Assembly: GCF_006345805.1 (NCBI RefSeq) | Contig: NC_043018.1 | Coordinates: 3,534,001-3,598,000 of the forward strand | Length of the DNA: 64,000 nt | From: Octopus sinensis | Taxonomy: Eukaryota | Direction of reading: 5' to 3' | Shown: in pieces, positions 53,400 to 64,000 of the stretch | How the letters are laid out: each line of letters begins with the position of its first letter | How positions within the stretch are numbered: the first letter of the stretch is position 1 | Translations under genes and position numbers: made by a program | Notes under the pieces: generated by a model | What the model was told of the DNA's origin: nothing | What the model saw: the letters and a program-made list of their open reading frames with translations, nothing else | Database searches by the model: none

Positions 53400-54625
53400 A
53401 CAAGTCGATTACATTGAGCCCAGTACTTGAGAGATACTTTATTTTATCGAAATCCGAAGATATGAAAGACAATATTATTCACGTCGGGATTTGAACTCAG
53501 AACGTAAAGAGACGGATGAAAAACCGTTAAGCATTTTGTCCGGCGCGCTAACGATTCTGCCAACTCACCGTCTTGCTTCACGATAATCTACAACTAAGGC
53601 GGCGAGCTGGCAGAAACGTTAGCACGCCGGGCGAAATGCGTAGCCGTATTTCGTCTGCCGTTACGTTCTGAGTTCAAATTCCGCCGAGGTCGACTTTGCC
53701 TTTCATCCTTTCGGGGTCGATTAAATAAGTACCAATTACGCACTGAGGTCTATATAATCAACTTAATCCGTTTGTCTGTCCTTGTTTGTCCTCTCTGTGT
53801 TTAGCCCCTTGTGGGTAGTAAATAAATAGGTATTTCGTCTGCCGCTACGATCTGAGTTCAAATTCCACCGAGGTCGACTTTGCCTTTCATCCTTTCAGGC
53901 TCGATAAATTAAGTACCAGTTACGCACTGGGGTCGATGTAATCGACTTAAGACCTATGTCTGTCTTTGTTTGTCCCCTCTGTGTTTAGCCCCTTGTGGGT
54001 AATAAAGAAATAAGTATTTCGTCCACCTAAATAGGTATTTCGCTACGTTCTGAGTTCAAATTCCGCCGAGGTCGACTTTGCCTTTCATCGGGGTCGATTA
54101 AATAAGTACCAGTTACGCACTGGGGTCGATATAATCGACTTAACCCCTTTGTCTGTCCTTGTTTGTCCCCTCTATGTTTATCCCCTTGTGGGCAGTAAAG
54201 GAATAAGAAATGTTAGCACAACGGGCGAAATGCTTAGCGGTATTTCGTATGTCTTTACGTTCTGAATTCAAATTCTACCGAGGCCGACTTTGCCTTTCAT
54301 CCTTTAAGGGTCGATAAATTAAGTACCAGTTGCGTACTGGGATCGATCGAATCGACTGGCCTCTTCCCTCAAAATTTCGGGCTGTGTGCCTAGAGTAGAA
54401 AAGAATATTTAAAGGCGGTGAGCTGGCAGAAACGTTACGCACGCCGGGCGAAATGATTAGAGGTATTTCGTTAGTCTTTACGTTCTGAGTTCAAATTCCA
54501 CCGAGGCCGACTTTGCCTTTCATCTTTCGGAGTCGATAGATTAAGTACCAGTTACGCACTGGAGTCGATCTAATCGACTGGCCCCTTTCCAAAAAATTTC
54601 GGGCCGTGTGTCTAGAGCAGAAAAT
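53400..54625. mobile_element. SINE-A array: one minus copy (53400-53572), then about five head-to-tail plus units (53597-54625)
   Basis: Repeated gttctgagttcaaattcc..gtcgactttgcctttcatc..aagtaccagttacgcactggggtcgat. Confidence 0.95.
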
Positions 54626-55029
54626 ATAGACATCTGAAAATATAACGAGATAGTCATGGAAGGAACGCCACTGAACATAGCTTTTCTCGATAACATTTGA
54701 TATTGGTGTGAACAAAATAAAACAACAAAAAACATCCCTAATAGAAAGGACTAAGGGGGGGAGCAACGACCTGCTAGAAATAGCAGCCAATAAAGGAAGG
54801 GAACGCTGTGTATTCACTGAGCCAACAAAGGAGCCCTTACGTGATGGCAGGAGTCGCTAGAAACAACAGTCAAATCTCTCTCCCATACATAATAGCCTAC
54901 AGGGCCCCGGGAGGTGCTAATCGTTGGAGCGAAAGGACGAATCTGAGAGCAAATCCTGGAAGGTGGTCAAAACTGGAGCGTCTCTGGTCCAAGGAGTGTT
55001 CTTTATTAAGGTTATTCTAAGAGTTAAAC

Positions 55030-55577
55030 AACAATATGAACAAGAACAACAACGACACCAACATCATCATCATCATCATCATCATCCGTGTCGTCGTTGT
55101 TGTTGTCATCGCTGACACCATCATCATCGATATCAGGGTCATCATTATCCTCCTTCTCCCCTTCCTCCTTCTCTTCCCCCTTCTCCTCTTCATCTTCGTC
55201 ATCGTCCACCCCCTTCTCTTCCTCTCCATCATCACCAAAATTATCGTTGTTATCTTCCTCATTATTATCATCGTCGTCATCGTTCTCATCGTCGTCGTTG
55301 TCGTCATCATCATCATCAGCAGCAGCAGCCTCCTCCTCATCATCATCATCAACATCATCATCGTAATCGTCGTTGTCATCGTCAGCATCATCACCAACAA
55401 CAACAACAACATCATTATCATCATCATCATCAACATCATCATCATCATCGTCATCGTCATCTTCCATCATCATCATCATCATCATCATCAACATCATTAT
55501 CATCATCATTATCATCATCATCATCATCGTCATCGTCATCGTCATCATCATCATCATCATCATCAACATCGTCATCG

Positions 55578-55624
<47 letters not shown>

Positions 55625-55635
55625 GTCGTCGTTGT
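55030..55635. repeat. (CAT/CGT)n microsatellite
   Basis: Direct reading. Confidence 0.95.
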
Positions 55636-55883
55636 CCCATATTACTGAGCAGTCGCCACAGTTCTTAATGTCCCTGATTCGTGATAACCAGACAGAAAAC
55701 GACAAATCGCTCATCGTCAATCGATCAACAAGTCGGGGCAGGTTTCATTTCTCTGACAGAAATCGATCGGTTATCAATCCGCTTCATTTTCCTTCACAGC
55801 TGGTTGTTTGTTGCTGTTGTTGGTAGCGGTATTGATGTTGGAGGGGTCACTTGATGCAACATACGTTGGCACATGTACGCGCA

Positions 55884-55891
55884 GACACACA

Positions 55892-55944
<53 letters not shown>

Positions 55945-55946
55945 GA

Positions 55947-55978
<32 letters not shown>

Positions 55979-56099
55979 TAACACACACACACACACACCA
56001 CACACACACACACACACACATACACACCACACACATACACACCACACACATACACACACTAACACACACACACACACACTCACACGAACACACACACAC

Positions 56100-56130
<31 letters not shown>

Positions 56131-56161
56131 CACACACACACACACACCACACACACACACC
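55884..56161. repeat. (CA)n microsatellite
   Basis: Direct reading. Confidence 0.97.
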
Positions 56162-56387
56162 CACTGATAAATGCTGATAAGTTCTAAGGTAAATACTAGT
56201 TGCCAGTGGCATTTGAGGACACTTAATTATCTGTCTCATTATTTTCCTTAAAACAATTAAAAGATGTCTAATCCTTTCGGCTCCCCTGCGCCAGATCAAA
56301 TGCTGGCCCAAAGAAATGGAAAGGCGCCCAGTCATGGTGGCCAGACGAGCGGAACACAGCGATTTAGAAACTGACGACTTTCTAAAT

Positions 56388-56548
56388 AGGCGTAGGTGTG
56401 GCTCTGTGGTAAGATGCTTGCTTCCCAGCCACGTGGTTCCGGGTTCAGTCCCACTGCGTGGCACCTCGGGCACGTGTCTACTACTATAGCCCCGGACAGA
56501 CCGAAGTCTTGTGAGTGGATTTGGTAGACGGAAACTGAAAGAAGCCCG

Positions 56549-56584
<36 letters not shown>

Positions 56585-56700
56585 GTGTGTGTGTCTGTGT
56601 GCGCGCGCGTGTGCGTGTGTGTGTGTGTATGTGTGTGTATGTGTGTGTGTGTGTGTGCGTGTGTTTGCAGTTCGGCAAAATAATCGATAGAATGGGAGCA
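56388..56700 (+). mobile_element. SINE-B, 3' part deleted
   Basis: Head and body homologous to 63069-63240. Confidence 0.85.
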
Positions 56701-56715
56701 TAAAAATTTTAATAA

Positions 56716-57118
56716 AATGAGGGTAACGTGTAAACATTTCTTGAACTTCTTGCACTGTCCCCTGGTCTTGGGGCCTTGGAAGGGCCACCGCTACAGATTC
56801 TGTAGCCATGAATTTTGCGTGACAATTCTTAATCGTTTCTGTGTCAAATTCAATATGTATTCCTCTAATGGTCTTCCACCATCTTTGCACTTGAACAACG
56901 GATTTCCAAACTTCGTAAGGTGCTGCTACTTGAGCGCGATCCTGCAGGGTAAGGTATTCAGCCTTATCTGTTATGGCTCATCAAATTTCAAACGAAATAA
57001 TCAATCTGAAAAAAAAATTCGATTAAAGATTAAACAAACAAAAAATTTAGAAAATATTTTTAATTGATAAAAGATTTATAAGAATTTTAAAATAGGGAGT
57101 TATTTTTAAATCACCCTG
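56716..57118 (-). mobile_element. Tc1/mariner-superfamily 5' fragment
   Basis: Minus strand TA|CAGGGTGATTTAAAAATAACTCCC terminus; HTH-like remnant QRWWKTIRG..TIKNCHAKFMATESV. Confidence 0.6.
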
Positions 57119-57198
57119 TATGTATGTATGTACGTATGTATGTATGTATGTATGTATGTATGTATGTATGTATGTATGTATGTATGTATGTATGTATT

Positions 57199-57283
<85 letters not shown>

Positions 57284-57292
57284 GAGTGTGTG

Positions 57293-57545
57293 TGTGGAGG
57301 CGTAATGGCCCAGTGGTTAGGGCAGCGGAATCGCGGTCGTAGGATCAAAGTTTCGATTCCCAGACCGGGTGTTGTGAGTGTTTATTGAGCGAAAACACCT
57401 AAAAAGCTCCACGGGGGTCCGGCAGGGTTGGTGGCGATCCCTGCTGAACTCTTTCGCCACAACTATCTCTCACTCTTTCTTCTGTTGGCCTGACAGCGTT
57501 GTGTAGCAACATCTGCTGGCCTGGTCGGTCACGTGATCACGTGAT
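57293..57545 (+). mobile_element. tRNA-derived SINE-D with RTE-type 3' tail
   Basis: tggcccagtggttaggg (A box), gtttcgattccc (B box); ends ctggtcggtcacgtgatcacgtgat. Confidence 0.85.
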
Positions 57546-57557
57546 ATATATATATAT

Positions 57558-58605
57558 CCTTGCTTCACTCCCTTCTCGACCGGCACTCGTATGGGTGATG
57601 ACAGTAGAGCTATGTCGGTGGCATCCGGAATTTGCCTCTCTGAGCAGCTGCACATATTGCGCTTCGATTCCTTGCCTCTGTAGCGTGTTCAGCACTGCGT
57701 TGGTTTCGACGCTATCGAAGGCCTTCTCATAATCTATAAACAATCTCCCCAAAACTTTTCACTGCATGTCTCGAACAGATCATCAGAGGCATCGACTGGC
57801 AAGGTGGTGTCAACATCAATGGCGAGCTCTTCACTCACCTCGCTGACGACATCGTACTCATCGCTGAAAACATGGATCAGCTTCAGACCATGCTGACGGA
57901 GCTCGACATCAAAAGTTCTGCAGTAGGTCTCAAGATGAACCGCAAGAAAACAAAGTTCATGCGGTCAGACCAACAGGTCGAATGGTGATCGGCAGTGATG
58001 AAATAGAGGAGGTGAGGGAATATGTCTACCTGGGACAGGAAGTAAATATGTGCCGGGATATCAAATAGGAGATCTCATGGAGAGTAAGCGCTGGATGGAA
58101 GGCGTTCAATGGCATAAGGGATGTGCTCAAGGGAAGGTTGGACAGGACCACCCGCGCCAACCTCATTAACAGTGCAGTTCTGCCTGCAATGTTATATGGT
58201 GGTGAAACATGAGCTACCACAAAGAGAGAAGAGCAAAGACTGGTAACGGCTCAAAGAGCCATGAAAAGGTCAATGCTTGGTATCTCGTTGAGAGAGCACA
58301 TAAGTAGCAAGATCATCAGAAAGAAGTCCGTCGTGAGAGATGTCATCGCAGAGTATACACGCAGCAAGTATAGATGGGCTGGACACGTCGCCCGGCTCAC
58401 CGATAATCAGTGGACGCACGCAATTGTCGAGTGGTACCCGCGTGAGCGGGAAAGACCACCCGGAAGACCTCCACAACGGTGGTGTTACGATTGGAATCAC
58501 GTGGATGAGAAAGGCGCGATCCAGAGAGGTGTGGACAGCGTGCTGTGACCAGCGGTGTCAAATGGACGCCTGACGGACTGGTCGGTCAAGGTGATCAAGG
58601 TGATA
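57558..58605 (+). mobile_element. 5'-truncated, 5'-inverted RTE-clade LINE
   Basis: Minus 57558-57742: LFIDYEKAFDSV..VEKGVKQG; plus 57740-58605: TISPK, ADDIVL, YVYLGQ, LPAMLYGGET, RWAGHVAR, GRPPQRW; tail (caaggtgat)2. Confidence 0.93.
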
Positions 58606-58635
58606 TATATATATATATATATATAATAATTATTA

Positions 58636-59027
58636 TTTGAGGGAATATAAATCCAAACTTACAGGGGAAAAAAATTCAATTTAGAAATACTAAATCAAAT
58701 TTCACACAATATAATATATATATGTAACAAAATTAGAAAAAAACACCTTTTGTCAATTCAAAATGAACAATTAAATGACACCATCTAGAAAATTACATAT
58801 AATAGAAATATTGAAATTAAAATAACAATAAAATATCAATGATTAAGTAAACTGCAAAAAAAATAATAAAAACGTATATAATTGGTAGAATAACGACACG
58901 TGTTTCGTGGCTATATTTAAGAAATGATTATAACAGTAGTAAAATCACTTCGATATAAATATAGCCACTCATCAGGTTAAAAATAAACTAAAATAATAAA
59001 ATAATTAATTAATAAATATACTTTAAC

Positions 59028-59109
<82 letters not shown>

Positions 59110-59460
59110 GTGTAAATACTAAATATACATAAGTGAAAACTAAAACAATACTTATATTATTAAATATTTTAAAATTAATTAAAATACACAATGCTAGTAC
59201 AAGTCATTAAATTGTAATCAAAATAAGAAATGGTTCAAATATAGATAAACTCATTAAATAAGCTAACTATATGATTAATATACATGTGTAGTATCTATAG
59301 ATTTAATATATCAATCAATAACATAGTTAGCTAAATATCAAATAATATAATACCTAATTAACTTAAAATTTAATATTACATAATAAATATGCCACCTAAT
59401 AATTAAATAATATATTGTCTAACGAAATTAGTTCTCAAATTAATTAAATGTAATACGTTA
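58636..59460 (-). mobile_element. AT-rich hammerhead-bearing element, same family as 28423-29352
   Basis: Shared stem II base gtggctatatt and shared 3' segment; (TA)n flanks; upstream boundary uncertain. Confidence 0.65.
58891..58979 (-). ncRNA. Type-I hammerhead ribozyme with long stem II
   Basis: taac-CTGATGA-gtggctatattta...taaatatagccac-GAAAC-acgt-GTC-gtta. Confidence 0.85.
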
Positions 59461-59465
59461 GATCC

Positions 59466-59546
<81 letters not shown>

Positions 59547-59902
59547 ATATATATATATTTGTATATATATATATATATAATATATATATATATATACATG
59601 TGTGTGTATATCTGTATCTGTATATCTGTATCTGTATATCTGTGAGTGTGTGAGGAATGAAAAGGGAAGTGAGAAAATCCAGGCGAATACGTCCATAAGT
59701 ACTGTGTCAACAGAACCCGGCTAACAGGATGTTGAAGTCAACTTTAATGGTCATCCGTAGAGGTCATTAATTCTATGTGACGGATACAAACTGTAAATCA
59801 GAAGTTTCACACCAACTACTATTTTTGGCGTATTAATCCCAAAATATACATAGTAAAGAAAGAAAGAGGGAAAGGAATAAAGAAAGAACGAAAGAAAGAT
59901 AC

Positions 59903-60027
<125 letters not shown>

Positions 60028-60048
60028 ATTATTATTATTGAGTAATAT

Positions 60049-60632
60049 GGAAATGTTATCTGATCTTAACTGATTGGAAGTGTTATCCTGATCTTAACTG
60101 ATTGGAAGTGTTATCTTGATCTTAACTGATTGGAAGTGTTATCATGTACATTGTTTTGTCTCGGTCTAAAAGATGGGCTACAGCAAATATTCTGCTCAAT
60201 ACCACAGATTTGCTTGCCAGTTGTTTGACCTTAACCAGTTGAGCATGTCCCTTAGTGGCTGACGACATGTGCATCTCTGATCACGTGCAGAAGTAGTGGG
60301 GGAGCATCATAGCCGTGTGTTGAAAGGAATTCTTGGAGGCTTGGATAATTCACCTCTGGAAACATGGGTGATTCGTTCAACATCCTTAAACAACACTTAT
60401 TCAGGGACCTGTTGAGCGGGATGGGTTGCTCGACCTGAAGAAAATTCTAACTGGGCTCCACCTGCAAGGTTATGTGCTGTTTATCTTGATATGAGATCAC
60501 CATATCGCGCACACATGGTTGTGATGCATGTAGTCTAGTGTACCCTTATCAGACGGTAGTCATGATGGGTATATTGGGCTTCGTATATTTTACCCCAGTG
60601 TCACTTTGATGGCATGCACTGCTCTCTCATTC
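60049..60632 (+). mobile_element. Family X copy with a 28-bp tandem triplication at its start
   Basis: Homologous to 6216-6725; (tgatcttaactgattggaagtgttatc)x3; followed by (AAT)n. Confidence 0.88.
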
Positions 60633-60843
60633 AATAATAATAATAAATTTGCTTACGAATTTTTGTTGAAAGATTCCTGAATAGTTTATACACATATGGA
60701 GAACATGTAGATATTCTCTTAAACTGTGACTGTTTGGACAAAGATACAAAAATAATACTGAAATGTGTTGACATGATTCGCGAGGATACAGCTTGGATTA
60801 TAACCACTTCAATAGACTACATACATAACTACACACACACATA

Positions 60844-60878
<35 letters not shown>

Positions 60879-60918
60879 CATATATACATGCATATACATG
60901 TACATGCATATATAGATA

Positions 60919-61121
60919 CAGTAATCCCTCGCCATATCGCGGTACACCTATCGCGCCCTCAGTACATCGCGGATTTTTCTGGCTAATATATGTAAATTTA
61001 TACCGCGGACACCTCAATATATCACAGGTTTCTGCGGTCGATATTCATATTTTTTTTAGATTTTAATTATCTCTGTGGGAGATTTTGGAACATAACAACC
61101 GCGATAGTCGAGGGATTACTG
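60919..61121. mobile_element. Tigger/pogo-like MITE
   Basis: TIR cagtaatccctcg..tatcgcgg / ccgcgatagtcgagggattactg, preceded by TA. Confidence 0.88.
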
Positions 61122-61202
61122 AATGTGTATACATATACATACATACATACATACATACATACATACATACAACATACATATATACATACATACATACATA
61201 CA

Positions 61203-61234
<32 letters not shown>

Positions 61235-61271
61235 CATATATACATATACATACATACATATACATACATAC

Positions 61272-61339
<68 letters not shown>

Positions 61340-61814
61340 TATGTGTATGTGTAAGTATTTTTAACTTAGTACACCCAACCTAACTTGGCTGTGCTATTTA
61401 TAACCCCGTAAACAGTGGCAGTTGATTGGTGTTTAGAATTATCGACCCCAAAGCAGGTCAGTAATGTTGACCCCCTACCCCACCCATCTACCTCACTCAG
61501 ATTCAACCTTAGAACACAATACCACAAGGCATCTCATTCAAAGAAAAAAAAATTGAACACCGTAGCGAATCTCACCGACGTTCAAATAAACCTCTGCCTT
61601 ATTTTATTGATCGCGAAAGGATTAAAAAAAAAAAGCAAAGTTGGTCTCAGTGGGATTTGAACTCGGAGTGCTGGAACATATATTGCGAAGCACTTTATTC
61701 CAACCCTCCTAACATATCACCCAATTCGCCGCAGATTAGGATAATGATTTATTGTCATTAAATAATAAGAGTAGAAATTAATTTTATCAAATAATATTAT
61801 TAAATTATATCAAT

Positions 61815-62280
61815 TTCAACTAGAGGTTAGCATACTTTAAAATGTCTGAGGACCGTGAATAGGCGAGAAAGATATGCCATAATATACATCTGGAAGATCC
61901 TGGAAGGACTTGTCCCAAACTTTGGCATCGAGAGTTACACAAATGCCAGAACTGGGCGCCACTGCGTGGTGCCAAGGACTCCAAATTTTCCATCAAGATG
62001 TAGGACAAGATATTGTGATAGCCTGGGCTTCAGAGGCCCACAGCTCTTCAATATCCTCCCGAAGAACCTGAGGACTGGATCTCTTCCTGTCAGGTGTCCC
62101 GGATGAACCAACTTCACGGCAGGAGGTGCAGATGAGGGCAGCTGCATCGAACTCTCTCATGCATCAGATGGCAATTGCTAAAAAGCATTCGTGAAGTAAA
62201 ATCATATAGCAACACCAAATGGCGGTGCCCCAGCATGGCCACAGCTCGTGAGCTGAAACTAGATAAAATAAAATAAAAAA
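61815..62280 (+). mobile_element. 3' end of a CR1-group-like LINE
   Basis: RRERYAIIYIWKILEGLVPN..RGPQLFNILP..LDLFLSGVPDEP..RAAASNSL; tail stem-loop then (TAAAA)n. Confidence 0.75.
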
Positions 62281-62289
62281 TTTTTAATA

Positions 62290-62544
62290 AATATGGGAGA
62301 CCACTAAGTGGATCCTTTGTATGCTAAAGATAGACGCCAAACCGTCTTACCACTAAATCTGTGATCTCAACTTAGCAAGACGCGAGATGTTTACGAGCTT
62401 AACAAATGAAAAGTGCTATGTTTGTTTCTTTTCATTTGTCTTGCTCGTAAACATCTTACTCAGTTGAGATCACAGATTTAGTGGTAAGACGGTTTGACGT
62501 CTATTTTTAGCATAGAAGGGGTCCACTTAGTGATCTCTCATATT
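62290..62544. repeat. About 255-bp near-perfect foldback palindrome (MITE-like)
   Basis: Arms 62290-62413 / 62428-62544 with a short loop. Confidence 0.93.
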
Positions 62545-63068
62545 ATGCTTTCTGTCACTGTTACCGATAAATTATCTTGTAATAAAGAGTTGCCTCCCTT
62601 CCACTCTGCAATTCATTCCTAACAAGTTTTCACTGAACAACACCGACAATTATAAACGTTCCAGACGTGACCGACTAGTAATTTGGTATATCCGGGAGAA
62701 CTACATTGCTGCCCTTTTTTCTTCTTTTTTTTTTCCTGTTCTCTAGTTTTTCCTTTTGTTTTTTTCGTTTTTTATTGAGGGGGAAGCTTTTTATTGTTTG
62801 ATTTTTCTTTCTCCAGCTAAGAGAAAAAATTCATTTAAGCAATTTATTCGTATCAATACCGACGTTCAGTGTTCCTTAAATCCGTGATTAAGCAAAGCAG
62901 GAGCTCACACGAGGGCGGAAAGTATCACTGAAGAGGTCACAGCCGTGTGACGAAAGATTTTCGGACAATGGACATGAGTTAAAATTAGAACAGTAATAAA
63001 CTAGCCAAAACCGAATAATATAATATAATGCGTGTTTTGCCGAAAAGAAAAGATTAAAAAATTACCAT

Positions 63069-63476
63069 AGGCGCAGGGGTGGCTGTGTGGTAAGTAGCTT
63101 GCCTACCAACCACATGGTTCTGGGTTCAGTCCCACTGCGTGGCATCTTGGGCAAGTGTTTTCTGCTATAGCCTCGGGCCGACCAATGCCTTGTGAGTGGA
63201 TTTGGTAGACGGAAACTGAAAGAAGCCTGTCGTATATATGTATATATATGTATGTATGTATATGTTTGTGTGTCTGTGTTTGTCCCCCTAGCATTGCTTG
63301 ACAACCGATGCTGGTGTGTTTACGTCCCCGTCACTTAGCGGTTCGGCAAAAGAGACCGATAGAATAAGTACTGGGCTTACAAAGAATAAGTCCCGGGGTC
63401 GATTTGCTCAACTAATTGCGGTGCTCCAACATGGCCGCAGTCAGATGACTGAAACAAGTAAAAGAGAGAAAAAGAG
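63069..63476 (+). mobile_element. SINE-B, full length
   Basis: tRNA-like head, (TATG)n middle, 3' gcggtgctccaacatggccgcagtcagatgactgaaacaagtaaaagag. Confidence 0.92.
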
Positions 63477-64000
63477 TAATCCCCGAAATTCAAAAATATC
63501 TGTTTTTAAATTTTACTTTTAATTTGCGCAATTGCTAAACGTCAAGATCTCGCTACAAGGGGAAGATAACTCTTCCTTTCATAATTGAATCGTTTGTTCA
63601 GAACGACGAGAAATTTGATTTAGGAAATCCAGAATAAAAAGAGGAGTCAAATCTGGGTACCACATTTTGTAGATTAGGGTATACTTGATCCGTTTAAAAA
63701 AGAAAAGAAAAAAAAGGCTGTAATTTTAAGGGACATTTGGGTGATGCATCAACCAGGTTCAGAATCCATAAAGAGTGCCTCGATTTTCGCTGTTCCCTTT
63801 TCGAACTCCGTTCGCAATTCCCTTTCAGATCTACCTCCTTCCACTTCAACACGCTCCTCCACCCCATATACACCCTGACCATTTGCGCAAATACTTCTGG
63901 TTGCTTCAAGTCATTAAGGTCCTTTAGTCTTGACAGTCAAAGTCCCTGTTACTACGCCCAAATATTGATTTCAACTTTTGGCACAAGGCCAGCAATTTCA

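Noticed and set aside
62925-62966. CTGAAGA-ggtcaca gccg tgtgac-GAAAG hammerhead-like motif, with a relative at 11760-11815 (-)
   Set aside because: Stem II is good but stem I and helix III cannot be paired in either copy; needs a family consensus.

Overview
Eukaryotic, AT-rich, repeat-saturated non-genic DNA. The SINE families and the density of (TA)n/(TACA)n/(TAA)n microsatellites suggest an octopus/cephalopod genome (inference, not verified). I found no host protein-coding exon, and almost all long ORFs in the track are translations of microsatellites. The window holds: (1) a 2-9.4 kb stack of same-strand, 5'-truncated R4/Dong-like RLE retrotransposons separated by (TAA)n; (2) decayed Tx1-like, RTE and CR1-like LINEs, a near full-length mariner, and Tc1/mariner, pogo/Tigger, hAT and Helitron non-autonomous elements; (3) several tRNA-derived SINE families, two of which share their 3' tails with LINEs present in this same window; (4) most notably, about ten minimal type-I hammerhead ribozyme motifs (CUGANGA-stem II-GAAAC-palindrome-GUH) in several unrelated non-coding elements. 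These show covariation, U3-A8 and U6 core variants, direct or inverted terminal repeats, and in one case a tRNA/Pol III head, pointing to a diverse Penelope-associated retrozyme-like system. All motifs were read by eye; none was folded computationally or tested.
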